Below are positions 27,579-42,645 of a DNA stretch of 64,000 bases, piece after piece (position 1 is the stretch's first letter; each line of letters opens with the position of its first letter). The position numbers and the translations under genes are program-made. This stretch comes from Eledone cirrhosa (taxonomy: Eukaryota), in contig OZ024747.1 in NCBI GenBank assembly GCA_964016885.1, positions 56,544,001 through 56,608,000 on the forward strand, in the 5' to 3' direction. The notes under the pieces are model-generated. The model ran no database searches. It had not been told where the DNA came from and saw only the letters and a program-made list of their open reading frames with translations.

Positions 27579-28516
27579 AATATGGAAAGTTGAAGGAGAA
27601 AGAATAGCTCAAAGGACTTTTCCCATTGGCTATGATTCACTCTTTTGATATAGTGTTGGTATAACATCTGCCAGAACAAAAGTGTTATGAATAATAATGA
27701 TAATAATAATTTCTTTATTGGCCACTAGGGCCTACATATAGGGTAATAATAATAAAGATCTGGAAATAGAAATAATCCAAAAATGGAATATACCATGGAA
27801 ATGAAAGAAACAAAACATACACACAAATACATATCTGGTATCTCAGAATGTAAAAATATGTATATTATAGAGAAAATAGAAGTACTAGGACACTGTACAC
27901 ATATTACATAGAGTAGTTTCAATACAATAGATACAACAACATAAAACACATAACACTGCACATACCCAAGGCACACAGAGCCGTGCTCAATAATACAATG
28001 ATGGCATATAATAAAGATAAGACTAATGAAAATAATGGTGATAATAATAATATTAAGAAGAAGAAAAATTCTACTAATATGGGATAATCAAAAGAAATAT
28101 TTTCATAAAAGATATATTCATGAGATATGATTGGAGAAGGAAGGCGGAAACTGGGAAAATTGAAATCCGAAGGAAAAAGAGAGAAAAGAAAAGAAAGAAG
28201 AATACATATATACATATAGAAAAGCCATGAAATTGACTGGTCAAAACTAATTTTAAGGATACTAGCCATGCGGTATTTTACTTTGTAAATAGTGGTCTTC
28301 CTTTTCTACCTTCACTGCCTACCAATATGGTCAGTATGTATAGCTCTCTTTGTTCTGCTACTGAAAGGTATTGCATGCTAAGGCGATTCGTCAATATTTA
28401 TGTATCTATATAGACATGTGTATGTTCCTTTGTGAATTGTGCATGTGTGTGTGTATTTGTATGTGCTTCCGTGTGTATGTATAGATACATCATATATATA
28501 TATATATATATATGTG

Positions 28517-28549
<33 letters not shown>

Positions 28550-28694
28550 GTATATATATGTATATATATGTATATATGTATATATATGTATATATATATA
28601 TATTTATATATATATATGTATATATATATATGTATATATATGTGTATATATATATGTATATATATGTGTATATATGTGTATATATATATGTATA

Positions 28695-28731
<37 letters not shown>

Positions 28732-28812
28732 TTATGAAATAATATATATTTGCAATTACGTATATACATATATATATATATATATGTGTGTGTGTGATTG
28801 TGTGTGTGTATG

Positions 28813-28870
<58 letters not shown>

Positions 28871-29302
28871 TATTTATGTTAATGCTGGAGAATTGATGTG
28901 TATACTGATATATATATGTAGAAAATAACACATGCATTTCACATTAATATATACATATTTATATGTATAGCTTTATATGTGTGCATGTATCCATATGTAT
29001 GTTTGTGTGTGTTTATAAATCACAAATAAATATTTTACATCAGTGTATGTATGAATATATATGATATATATGTAAACACACACATATACACGCATGTGTG
29101 TGTGTGTGAGAGAGAGAGAGTGTGTGCTTGCATTTATATAATATATATTCATATGAACAGTGATGCAAAATATTTATTTATGATTGTGTGCACATTTGCT
29201 TGCACACAAATGGTAATGCACATACAGTGCCAAAACACACTATATGTTCCTCTATGCGTATATGTACGCATGTATGTGTATATATATAAATATGTATGTA
29301 TA

Positions 29303-29452
<150 letters not shown>

Positions 29453-29455
29453 TAT

Positions 29456-29491
<36 letters not shown>

Positions 29492-29617
29492 GGTCTGGAA
29501 CAGGTAAAAGAGTAAAAGAATATATATGTATATATATCAATGAATGTATATTATTCCTAAGTTATTTCATCTCTCTCACTCTCTCTATCTCTCTCTCTCT
29601 CTCCATCTCTCCATCTC

Positions 29618-29660
<43 letters not shown>

Positions 29661-29661
29661 C

Positions 29662-29766
<105 letters not shown>

Positions 29767-29784
29767 CATTATCATCAATAATGA

Positions 29785-29872
<88 letters not shown>

Positions 29873-30317
29873 GCATATTTTCCCGAATATATATCACTAT
29901 CATAAGTTTGGAAAATGTGCAGCATTTTATGAATGCAACAAAATAATGGAAATTGGTTACCAAAATTGACATAATGCATCTTGCAGATCTGAAAGGTTAA
30001 TAGCACCATCTCTGCAAGAGATTCTTCCACAGAGGAAAATATATTTACCGAAATAAGCAGTAGAGTATCTTTCATTGTAATATATTTCAGATTCTTTCCT
30101 ATAACCATGTTTACTCAGTCTCTTTCCTCTAACATGTTTTTCAAAATCTATTACCTACACTTTCTCTTTCTTTGTTTCTTTCTCTCTCTTTCTATCTCTC
30201 TCTTTTTCTCTCTTTTTCTCTTCTTCTGTCTGTCTCTTTGTCTCCTTCACTCCCAAACATTCTTCCTCCCTGTCACCTTTTTCCTCATATATCTTTGTAT
30301 GTAGTTATGTATATGTT

Positions 30318-30397
<80 letters not shown>

Positions 30398-30398
30398 G

Positions 30399-30432
<34 letters not shown>

Positions 30433-31278
30433 GTACACATATATTCTTTTACCTTTTACTAGTTTAAGTGTAATTCTTTCACCCACACACCCACACACAA
30501 ATATATGTATATATGTATGTGTATATATATGTGTGTATATATATATATGTGTGTGTATATATATGTGTGTGTATGTGTATGTATATATATATATATATAT
30601 GTATAAATGTGTGAGTGTATGTTTGCGTGTGTTTTCTCTTGGTCAATTTCCTTTCTTATATCTATTTACCATCCTTCATTCTCTCTCTCAAACACATTTT
30701 CTATATTTCTCAATATATCTTTCGTATCATGGGAGCAGGCAAAAATCATTATCTTTATGTAAAAGAACTTTATTTTCTTTTTCTCTTTTACAATTTGACC
30801 ATCACTCACTCCTCCTCCTTCCATTCCAATATCAGTTACATTTGTCTTGAAAGAACGTTGACTCCATAAATTGGGAGATCTCTTTAGCCTTGCAGAGAAC
30901 AATAGTACCACTCTAGTGTTGGTGCCACCATAAAATGTATTTAGTACAGTGTTTGGTGTTCGAATTGAGACACTGTAAAGAGAGAGTGAACTCTACAGTT
31001 TTGTTGGAGATAAGACAATTTTGCAGTGTTTGTGCCATGATCAAATGTATCTTTTACACTCTGTGAGGTGGTTCATGATTAAAAAGTCACAAAGTAGAGT
31101 GGAAGGGTCACTTTAGCTTTACAGGGGCCAAATCTACCCTCTAGTGATCTTGCCATGATAATTCCTAAATTAATAATTAGTTATCAGATAAAAAAAATGT
31201 TTTCAATATTACAGAATATTCCCAAATCAAACATAATCAGATAAACTATTGGCGAATTTATCATATATATATATATAT

Positions 31279-31779
31279 AAGATTACCAGGTGATTTACTT
31301 TAACTTTTTATATATATGTATATTTATATTTTTAACTGCTGGTCAATCAATGATAAACATTGATTGCCAGCTAAATTAACTATAGGGATATAAAATATAC
31401 AGAAGCAAAAACCAACCCAAACCAAACAGTGAGTGTGTTTTATTATTATTTCTGGCACTATTATAGCAATATGACCCTCCTCAAATATAATGATATATAT
31501 ATATATATTTGTTTTTTTTCATTCGCACCATTTCCTTTCGCTATATGTCTCTCCACCACTCCCCTACACACCTTTTGAACTCTGTTCCCACATACTTCTC
31601 ACCTGAGGAAGGGCTTATGCCCGAAACGTCGTCTCCCACCTACCCCCCACTCTCCTGAGCGTGAAATTTATAAACATTTATTGTACTGCCTCTCTGTTTT
31701 GTCCCTGTTCAAATTTTTCCATTATATATATATATATATATATATGTATATCATATATATATCATCATCATCACATATA

Positions 31780-31828
<49 letters not shown>

Positions 31829-32040
31829 TTATATTTGAGGGGGGTCATATTGCTATAATAGTGCCAGAAATAATAATAAAACACACTCACTGTTTGGTTT
31901 GGGTTGGTTTTCGCTTCTGTATATTTTATATCCCTATAGTTAATTTAGCTGGCAATCAATGTTTATCATTGATTGACCAGCAGTTAAAAATATAAATATA
32001 AATATATATAAAAAGTTAAAGTAAGTCACCTTGTAATCTT
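31279..32040. repeat. ~225-bp inverted duplication flanking a Penelope-like terminal fragment
   Basis: 31279-31500 is the reverse complement of 31817-32040 with few mismatches. Confidence 0.9.
31603..31633 (+). ncRNA. Hammerhead core, Penelope-like, weak stem I
   Basis: CTGAGGA-A-GGGC ttat GCCC-GAAA-CGTC. The downstream 31680-31710 matches the reverse complement of about 52385-52420. Confidence 0.6.
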
Positions 32041-32227
32041 TGTTTTGTTGTTGTTGTTGTTGTTCTTTTATCTGTCCAATAATTCGAGACCTAAAAATCC
32101 CTTGATCAGAGTTTAAGGAACTTTCAGTGGATAATGTTCCAATTTCCTCTTTTTGCGATGAAATATATATATATTCTATCAAAGTTCTTTCATCATACAC
32201 CTGTGACATAATAGTACCAATGAGATT

Positions 32228-32780
32228 TTGATTCTAGAGTTGGGCCAGATCGATACAGATCCAGCCTTGAGCTGATCAATTGTGAAACATGTGTCACACC
32301 TCAATAAATGTAATGAAGATCTAACACTTCATCTTTTTTATTATTATTCAGTGGATTGGCAGTATCGGTGGAGGGTCAGACGCCATGCTTTGTAGCATAT
32401 AGTTACGGCCCTTTACGGTCTGAGTTCAAATCCCGCTGAGGTTAAATTTGTCTTTCATCCTTACGGGGTCGATAAAATAAAATACCAGTTATGCACTGGG
32501 GTCGATTTAATCGACTTTCCCTTCCTCCAAAATTGCTGGCCTTGTGCCTATATAAGAAACCATTATTATTATTATTATTATATATATATATATAGGGCGG
32601 TGGATTGGCAATATCGGTAGAGGGTCGGACGCCATGCCTTGACGCATAGAGTTATGGCCCTTGCCATTCTGATTTCAAATCCCGCCGAGGTTAACTTTGC
32701 CTTTCATCCTTACGGGGTCGATAAAATAAAGTACCAGTAATGCACTGGGTAATTGCTGGCCTTGTGCCAAAAGTAGAAAC

Positions 32781-32828
<48 letters not shown>

Positions 32829-33275
32829 GTCTGTCATTCTCTCTCAGACTTTCCCATTGAGGGGGTGGGGGTAGTACATCTGGCCAATGATTTGATCAAT
32901 TAAACTCATTGAATTAGCAATGACACACGACCATGACTTCTGGCGTCACGCAGTAATACAGAGTACCCGACCTCCCATGGGTACAAGCTGAAGCATATAG
33001 ACAATATGCCCCCACGCCCACCACCACACGGTGGTCGTGGAGGTGCCACGGCAAAAAAGCACCCAGCCCACACTGTAAAGTGGACGTGTAGGCGCCACGA
33101 AAAAAGCACCCAGCACTCACTGTAAATAAGGTTGGTGTTAGGAAGGGCATCCAGCTGTAGAAATCAAGCCAAATCAGTTCCTGTATGAGCAAGGCATGGT
33201 CAGCTGACCAGACACTGCCCACAACAGAACAACCCGTCTAACCCATGCTAGCGTGGAAGAACGGACGTAAAACGG

Positions 33276-33308
<33 letters not shown>

Positions 33309-33420
33309 CACATGTACACTTAGGTAGAAATAACAGTAGTGACCTCCAAAATTATTCTCAGTACTGTCAGATGTACTACCCCCCCCCCTCAATGGGAAAG
33401 TCTGAGAGAGAATGACCGAC

Positions 33421-33478
<58 letters not shown>

Positions 33479-33792
33479 ATAATAATTGTTTCGACTTTAG
33501 GCACAAGGCCAGCAATTACCCAGTGCATTACTGGTACTTTTATTTTATCGACCCCGTAAGGATGAAAGACAAATTTAACCTCAGCGGGATTTGAACTCAG
33601 ACCGTAAAGGGCCGTAACTATATGCGTCAAAGCATGGCGTCCGACCCTCCACCGATACTGCCAATCCACTGAATAATAATAAAAAAGATGAAGTGTTAGA
33701 TCTTCATTACATTTATTGACGTGTGACACATGTTTCACAATTGATCAGCTCAAGGCTGGATCTGTGTCGATCTGGTCCAACTCTAGAATCAA
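32228..33792. repeat. Large inverted duplication (arms ~32228-32882 and ~33368-33792) containing SINE B copies
   Basis: Unique flanks 32228-32350 and 32820-32882 reappear inverted at 33670-33792 and 33368-33430. Confidence 0.88.
32915..33308 (+). mobile_element. 5'-truncated copy of the RTE derivative also found at 49476-50300
   Basis: Highly similar to the reverse complement of 49476-49860; (GAT)n tail. Confidence 0.87.
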
Positions 33793-34318
33793 TGATGCTG
33801 ATGATGAGAATGGTGATGACGATGATGATGGTGATACTGATGACGGCAATGATGATGATGGCAATAAAGAAGTGACAACGATGATGATGATGGTGATAAA
33901 GAAAATGATAATGAGGTGATGGCTCTGACGATGACGGTGACAACGATGATGATGATGATGACAAGGATGATGAGAATGATAACATTGACAATGTTGATGA
34001 TGATGATGGCGATAAAGAAGACGATGGTGATGATGATGACTATTATGATGATGACTGTTGATGATGATGATGATGGTGATAAAGAATATGATGGTGATGA
34101 TGATGACTATTATGATGATGATGACTGTTGATGATGATGACTGTTGATGATGATAATGATGGCGATGAAGAAGATGATGGTGATGATGATGACTGTTGAT
34201 GATGATGATGATGGTGATAAAGAATATGATGGTCATGATGATGACTATTATGATGATGACTGTTGATGATGATGATGATGATGGCGATGATGATGACTAT
34301 TATGATGATGACTGTTGA

Positions 34319-34349
<31 letters not shown>

Positions 34350-34400
34350 GATGAAGATTATGATGGCGATGATGATGACTATTATGATGATGACTGTTGA

Positions 34401-34431
<31 letters not shown>

Positions 34432-34490
34432 GATGAAGATTATGATGGTGATGATGATGACTATTATGATGATGACAATACAGATGATGA
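33790..34490. repeat. Degenerate (GAT)n microsatellite
   Basis: Directly visible. Confidence 0.95.
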
Positions 34491-34793
34491 ACAAGAGGAA
34501 AGGAATAAGAATGAGAATAAAAAATAGAATATTTCTCTTTTAATACTGAAATTACTTTAGAAGGAAATATGAAAAATAAATTTTTAAAAAAGAAGATAAT
34601 ATGAATAGGTAAAAAATCTATTACGTAGACTGACAACTCATCAACTAGAACCTCACAGCCCCTTTAGTCACCATCCCACTAGAACTCCCACAGCCCCTTT
34701 AGTCACCATCCCACTAGAACTGCCACAGCCTCAAAGCCAAACTATTTCATTACTGATGATTATTTTATTATCGAACAAATTTAGAGAATGAGC

Positions 34794-34836
<43 letters not shown>

Positions 34837-34839
34837 AAA

Positions 34840-34872
<33 letters not shown>

Positions 34873-34937
34873 ATTTATATATTTATATATATATATATTT
34901 ATTTATATATATTTATATTTATTTATATATATATATA

Positions 34938-35002
<65 letters not shown>

Positions 35003-35063
35003 TTATATATATTTATTTATATATATATATTTATATATATATATATTATATATATACATATGC

Positions 35064-35100
<37 letters not shown>

Positions 35101-35154
35101 CATATATACATATATATATATATACATACATATATATATATATACATACACATA

Positions 35155-35290
<136 letters not shown>

Positions 35291-35375
35291 ATATATATGT
35301 GTGTGTGTAAGTATATATGGATGTGCGTATAGATATGCATGTATATATATGAATGTATACAGGAATATCTAGGTG

Positions 35376-35421
<46 letters not shown>

Positions 35422-35792
35422 TCATAAATATCTGTGTGTGTGTGTGTGTGTGTATAGGTACATACATATACACATACATACATACATACATACATACATA
35501 CATACATACAGACAGACAGACAGACAGACATACATACATACATACATACAGACAGACAGACAGACAGTGATGAGTATATGTAAAATCACATAGAATGTGA
35601 GAGGAAAACCAGCAGTAAATTAGGAAGTGTGAAAATTTATTCATGATCAAAATGAAGGAAAAAAGGAAATCTTTTTAAAGCAGTTAGTGTTGCTACTAAA
35701 TTGGAGTGGAATTTAATGAAATTTTCACAGACTTTCAGGGCATACATACGTGTGTAGGAGTGTCTATATATGTATACATGCAAGTATATATA

Positions 35793-35829
<37 letters not shown>

Positions 35830-35832
35830 GTG

Positions 35833-35917
<85 letters not shown>

Positions 35918-35918
35918 A

Positions 35919-35961
<43 letters not shown>

Positions 35962-35990
35962 ATATATGTATATATATATATATGTATATA

Positions 35991-36067
<77 letters not shown>

Positions 36068-36093
36068 TATATATATATATGTATATATATATG

Positions 36094-36234
<141 letters not shown>

Positions 36235-36235
36235 G

Positions 36236-36289
<54 letters not shown>

Positions 36290-36314
36290 TATATACATAT
36301 ACACACATACACGC

Positions 36315-36364
<50 letters not shown>

Positions 36365-36679
36365 CATATATATTTTCTTGTGAAGGTATCTATCTATTTA
36401 TGTTGTGTTACCATGGGGAAAATTATAATTTCATAATATGAAAGAAATTGAAGAAAAAATCCAATTTCGGATAAATGAAAAAGATGTGTTTGTGTATGTG
36501 TCACTGTTTGAGTGTGCATGCCTGTGATATATGTGTGGGTATGTCTGCGTGTATGTGTACATCTGTGTGTGTATGTGTACATATGTGTGTGTATGTGAAC
36601 GTCGGACAGTATATAATTTTATGATCAGATTCATTTACATGTATCTACATAATGTCTCTTTATCTCTCAAGGTAGAATT

Positions 36680-38340
36680 TTCTATCTATCTACCTATCTA
36701 CCTATTACCTATCCATCTGTGTCTAGATCTATGTATCTATCTCTCTATCTATTTATGTATCTATCTCTCTATCTATCTATCTATATATCTCTCTATCTCT
36801 CTATCTATCTACTTATGGCCTATCTTATATCTATCTCTCTATATATTTATGTATCTATCTCTCTATCTCTCTATCTATATATCTATCTATCTATCTATCT
36901 CTCTATCTATATATCTATCTATCTCTCTATCTATCTATGTATCTATCTCTCTATCTCTCTATCTATCTATCTCTCTATCTCTCTATCTCTCTATCTATCT
37001 ATCTATCTATCTATCTATATACTTATGGCCTATCTTATATCTATCTCTCTATCTATCTATGTATCTATCTCTCTATCTCTCTATCTCTCTATCTCTCTAT
37101 CTATCTATATACTTATAGCCTATCTTATATCTATCTCTCTATCTATCTATGTATCTAAGGGCTGGTGGTTAGCAGGTGCGACGACGCCCTCGGAGAAGCG
37201 CTAGTCATGGAGGAAGACGAACTGGCCAACCTGTTCGGTAGGACATTCAGCCCGGGACCCATGGATAACTTCCAGAGGTCCCTGGCCTGGCAATGCTACA
37301 GAAGGGCTCTGCCCGTTCGAGAAAGGCTCTACAGACACGAGTGCCCGGGTAGGGACCCATCGAAAAAGATCTGTCCCAGATGCGTGTGCGACGAGGAAAC
37401 TGTTGCACACGCACTGGTACACTGCTCGGGCATTGCCGATCTGTGGGGCTATGTCGAACAACTGCTGTCAAGGGTGGGACCCATCCGGTTGACCACCGAG
37501 TCTATTGTAACGATCAAGCCGCCTCCCCTTTTCAAAAACGAAGAAGAGGCGGTGTTTCTGTGCGTAATAGCCATGGCGAAAGAGGTTGTATGGTGGACGC
37601 GTCTGAAAGGACTGAGGTCAGACACCTTTCTCTCTGGCCAACAACTGCTCCGTTTCTTCCGATATCATTTCGGAAGAAGGATCAGCATGGAGAGAGAGGT
37701 GCTGCACCCCAGCCGTTTCTATGAAAGGTGGGTGAAAGTGGCGAGAATGGCCCGTGTGAATGGGCCTTCACTCTACATCAGACTATAGGTGAGGAAGATG
37801 AAAGACCAAGGGAGCACCCCTTCTCTGTGCTCCTGAGGAGAAGGGTTGCACACTTTTTTCGGGGGGGTGTGCGACCCCCCAAGGCGCCTCCTCTCTATTG
37901 AGGACTTTGTTATAAATTTTATTTTTTGTTATATTTTATTTTATTTTTATATATTGTTATTGCCTCCTCCTTATTGAGGACGCCTTGTTTTGTAAACTCC
38001 CCCCATTGTACTTGTCCCACTTTTGATGCCCTGGTGGCAAATAAAAGAAACATATCTATGTATCTATCTATCTCTCTATCTCTCTATCTCTCTATCTATC
38101 TATCTATCTATCTATATACTTATGGCCTATCTTATATCTATCTCTCTATCTATCTATCTCTCTATCTATATATCTCTCTATCTATCTATCTCTCTATCTA
38201 TCTATCTGTATACTTATGGCCTATCTTATATCTATCTCTCTATCTATCTATGTATCTATCTCTTTATCTATCTATCTATCTCTCTATTTATCTATCTATA
38301 TACTTATTACCTATCTTATATCTATTTCTCTATCTATTTC
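36680..38340. repeat. (TATC/TC)n array with recurring TACTTATGGCCTATCTTATATC unit, interrupted by a Tx1 insertion
   Basis: The unit recurs at about 36810, 37020, 37110, 38117, 38211 and 38301. Confidence 0.9.
37158..38052 (+). mobile_element. 5'-truncated Tx1/L1-clade LINE with 14-bp TSD
   Basis: ORF 37165-37788 has FQRSLAWQCYRRALPVRERL..CPRC..EETVAHALVHC. TATCTATGTATCTA lies at 37144-37157 and 38053-38066. Confidence 0.9.
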
Positions 38341-38412
38341 TGGACCGGACATCTGGTCCAGAAATAGCCGTCGAAACGGCTTGAGCTCTGCCGTTGGGGT
38401 CATACCTTTTCC
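38334..38412. mobile_element. Unclassified (TA)n-embedded element, copy 3 (right end only)
   Basis: 13-bp hairpin CTATTTCTGGACC/GGTCCAGAAATAG, continuing as CCGTCGAAACGGCTTGAGCTCTGCCGTTGGGGTCATACCTTTTCC-(TA)n. Confidence 0.7.
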
Positions 38413-38444
<32 letters not shown>

Positions 38445-39031
38445 GAGAGAGAGAGAGGGGAGATGGGGAAGAGACTGACAGATAGATAGAGAGGGAGGTT
38501 GTTAGTTAGCCAGACAGACAGATGGATAGATACATTGTATATTTTGGGAAAAGCCTCGCTTGTTAAAAGCAAAACTTTGTGTTTTAACATTTTTACATTT
38601 TCATCAGCTGAATAAAACCAGAGATAAATAATAGGTCAGAAATGCACGAGGCAGAATGGTTATGACCCACACATGCTCATGACCCACACACTCTTATGAC
38701 CCACACATTCTATGCATTTTGCAAACACATAGACAAGTTAAGGAAGATAACTCTGAAAAGTTTGATTGCTTATTTTTTTTGTCTTGGACTGTTTCAGCTT
38801 TGAATCTGAAAAGAGGGTATTAGCCCTGAAATATCATAGTCAAATACACTGGGTAAAAGGTTTCTTTGTTTTGTTTCATTTTTCATCATTTGGGCTTCAT
38901 ATTTTTCTACTACATTGTACTAGCTTTAAAAATATTTGTTGGCCTTTTACTACATATCTCACAATGTTTTGTATTAACTACACTACTGTGTTTGTGTAAA
39001 TATATATATATATATACATATTTGTATATGC

Positions 39032-39062
<31 letters not shown>

Positions 39063-40166
39063 TGTATATGCATATATATTTATATATATATATATATATA
39101 TAAAAATGATGAAAAATGATATATATATATATATACACACACACCCACATATACACATAGATGCATATATGTATGTATTTATACATGCCTCTATTTCATG
39201 TTTTCAATCTTTCTTAGGGGATTACCAAATAAAATTGTTGTAACAAGATGCACCTAAGCACTCTAAAATACTTATACATATAGCTTTATACTCTCCTCTT
39301 TTCTATTCACTGTTATATTTTGGTTGTTTTTTTTATAGCAAAACAAGTTTTCATAAAAAAATTGCACCAAAATAATTGAAAATTTCTATAAAGATATGCA
39401 ATGTAAAAAGAAAAAGACTGAATAAATGTATAATCAATTAAAAAATTCCCAAAATAGGAAAAGCATAAAATGAAAATATGTATAAACATTGTGAAAGAAT
39501 ATAAAAAAAAATAACGATGAATAACAAATTTACTTAAAGTACAACATTATGGGATTGAAGAAGTAGAAAAGTGAATTTGAGAGAGAAAGTTATAATGGTA
39601 TGTGTGTATAATATTACAAGTGTGTAGGTGTGTGTTTATATATATATATATATAAAACAGAGAGTGAGGAGAGGAATAGATGCTTATGAACCTAGGCAGT
39701 ACAATTTTAGTTCATCTAAGCAAGATATTTAGTCATTGACTGTGCACAATGACTCAATACAGACACATGCACACATATGTATATGCGTATATTTATATAT
39801 ATATATATATATATGAAACAGTTCTAGTCCTCCTATGTATTGAGTACCTTATTTAATGTGGTTACTTCCATTTGAACCTGGGATACACACACAAACACAC
39901 ACACACATTATCATCATTATTTAACGTCTATCTTCCACGCTAGCATGGGTTTAGATGGAAATTGTCCCACGTGAGGTAAGATTGGTTGTCTTGCTCATAT
40001 AGGACTGTCTGGCAGGTTTTCTACGACTGGATGCCCTTCCTAACACCAACCACATTTTCAATATATATGCTCTAGGGTTCTTATGTATTTGATATATATT
40101 TATCCTTATCGAGCCCTCTTTGGATTTTAGTCTTCACATTTATTATTATTACTTTATATATATATA

Positions 40167-40492
40167 TATCATCATCATCATTTTACGTCCGCTTTTCCCT
40201 GATTTCAAGGGTGGGACGGGAACTGATTTTGGCTTGATTTCTACAGCTGGATGCCCTTCCTAACACCAACCTCATTTACAGTGAGTGCTGGGTGCTTTGT
40301 TGCCGTGGCACCTCCACGACCACTTTGTAGTGGAATGATAGGGACCCCAGTCCCTATCATCTCATTTCTACAGCTGAGTAAACTGGAGCAATGTGAAATA
40401 AAGTGTCTTGCTCAAGGAAACAACACATCACCCGGTCTGAGAATTGAACTCACAACCTTTCGATTGCAAGGCCAATGCTCTAACCACTAACC
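40167..40492 (-). mobile_element. SINE family A
   Basis: Reverse complement of the 8541-8850 type sequence. Confidence 0.87.
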
Positions 40493-40645
40493 ATATATAT
40501 GGGAATGCATATATATATGTATGTAAACAATTTGGGGTCATTGTGAGATGTTAGTAGTACCGTTCAAATACTGACTTGGTCTGAGCTTATCCATCCTACA
40601 TACACCAGCATGGAAAACATAACACAGAGCTGTTGTTGTTGACAT

Positions 40646-40700
<55 letters not shown>

Positions 40701-41102
40701 AGTGATGATGATGATGATGATGACTATGACAACAATGGTGATGTTGATGATGATGATGACAATGATGATAATGGATGAAGGTTGTGGGGGTGATGGTTGT
40801 GCTGGTGTTGGTTGTGGTGGTTCTGGTGATGGTGCTGATGGTGCTGATGATGATGATCTACAAAAGACACCAGGTGATAGTGGCAGCTGCAACCAGAAAA
40901 AAATTTGCTACTTCCTGGGGTGTTTATATTTTACAATTTTCTGTTTTAATCTAATACCAAATTTAATTAGAATATTAATTTTAATTTAATTTTAATTATG
41001 AATTTCAATTTCTTGATTGAATTGGTAAATTTTGAGATGATTTAAACCTTTTGATGCCAAACCCATTGAAACTGTTTCTACTTCTATGATACATATTTTT
41101 CC

Positions 41103-41310
41103 TTAACCCATTTTCATTTACATTACTCTATATTATTGTAGTTTCATATTCAAGGCTTTTTCTCACATAATTTCAAATTATGAGATTTTGATTTTTTTTT
41201 TTAGAACAATACGTTAACGTCAGTATGAGCTGCTGGTTACAACCAGTTTGAACAGAAAAAGTTGAAAAAATTCTGGCTGGATATAGCCAGTTTAAATGTT
41301 AAAGGGTTAA
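41103..41310. mobile_element. piggyBac-type MITE
   Basis: TTAA|CCCATT ... AAAGGG|TTAA termini; flanked by a ~55-bp imperfect direct repeat (41043-41095/41308-41360). Confidence 0.55.
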
Positions 41311-41404
41311 ACCTTTTGATGCCAAATCCCATGAAACTGTTTCTGTTTCTATGATACAAATGTTTTCTTTGATGTGGTTATATTTATCTAAACTTTCTAT
41401 CATA

Positions 41405-41760
41405 AGTAAGACCTCAGGCATATTCAGACCCCATACTGCAGACCTCCTCCGTAAAATCGGAATGTCAGCAGCCCATCTGAAGAAGGAGTCCCACAAAGTG
41501 GGGTTGCTGTTGCAGCGAGCGTCACTGGCCATGGTCTGCGGAAATGCTTTTATGGTCTTGTCTGCAGGGCATAGCCCAACACTTCTGCACCCTAGGACAA
41601 GGCCCGTAACCCTCCCCCCTTTCTCCTCTGATTCTTCTGTTGCCCTACAGACCTTGTTTTTCCCCTTACTTTTCTGTTTTTATATATTTGTAATGCTTTT
41701 CTAATTATTTTATAGTCATTAAATTTTAATTTAAGTTGGAATTGGTTGTCGGTATATATT
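41405..41760 (+). mobile_element. CRE-like non-LTR retrotransposon 3' fragment
   Basis: LLQRASLAMVCGNAFMVLS resembles the L.QR.S.A.QRGNA C-terminal motif of CRE-clade elements; followed by a T-rich UTR. Confidence 0.5.
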
Positions 41761-41789
41761 TACATATATTCATATATATATTTTTCATT

Positions 41790-42118
41790 TCCTTTCATTT
41801 CATTTTACGTCCACTTTTCCCTGCTTGCAAGGGTGGGACGGAAGCTGATTCTGGCTTGATTTCTACAGCTGGATGCCCTTCCTAACACCAACCTCATTTA
41901 CAGTGAGTGCTGGGTGCTTTTTTGCCGTGGCACCTCCACGACCACTTTGAAGTGGAATGATAGGGACCCCAGTCCCTATCATCCCATTTCTACAGCTGAG
42001 TAAACTGGAGCAATGTGAAATAAAGTGTCTTGCTCAAGGAAACAACACATCACCCGGTCTGAGAATTGAACTCACAACCTTTCGATTGCAAGGCCAATGC
42101 TCTATCCACTAAGCCATG
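41790..42118 (-). mobile_element. SINE family A
   Basis: Full reverse-complement copy. Confidence 0.87.
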
Positions 42119-42454
42119 TAGCATATCATCATTGTCACCATCATCATTATCTTCATTATTGCTATCATCACCATCATGTTTACAATCCTTTTTTTCTATA
42201 CTCACATGTGTTAGATGATTCCTCTCCAGTAGAACATTTCTGTAATTGTTTCTGTTTAGTTTCTAAAAATCAACTTTCATCACCTCTGCTCGGATCCTTC
42301 CTGGTCATCCTCTCCCATGACTGCCTTCCATTTGGTACTCTTACCACTTCTTCACACACTGAATATTATCTAACAGAAACTAAAGGATGAAAGGCAACAG
42401 ATCCTCTAAAGAAAGCAAAAGAAAATGGCATAAATATCATCATCATCATCATTG

Positions 42455-42645
42455 AGGTGGATTGGCAGTATCGGTAGAGGGTCGAACGCCATGCTTAGCA
42501 GCAAAGAGTTATGGCTCTCTATGGTCTGAATTCAAATCCTGCCGAGGTTAACTTTGCCTTTCTTCCTTACGGGGTCGATAAAATAAAGTACCAGTAATAC
42601 ACTGAGATAATTGATGACTTTGTGCCCAAAGTAGAAACAATTATT
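42455..42645 (+). mobile_element. SINE family B
   Basis: A box, B box and family body. Confidence 0.85.
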
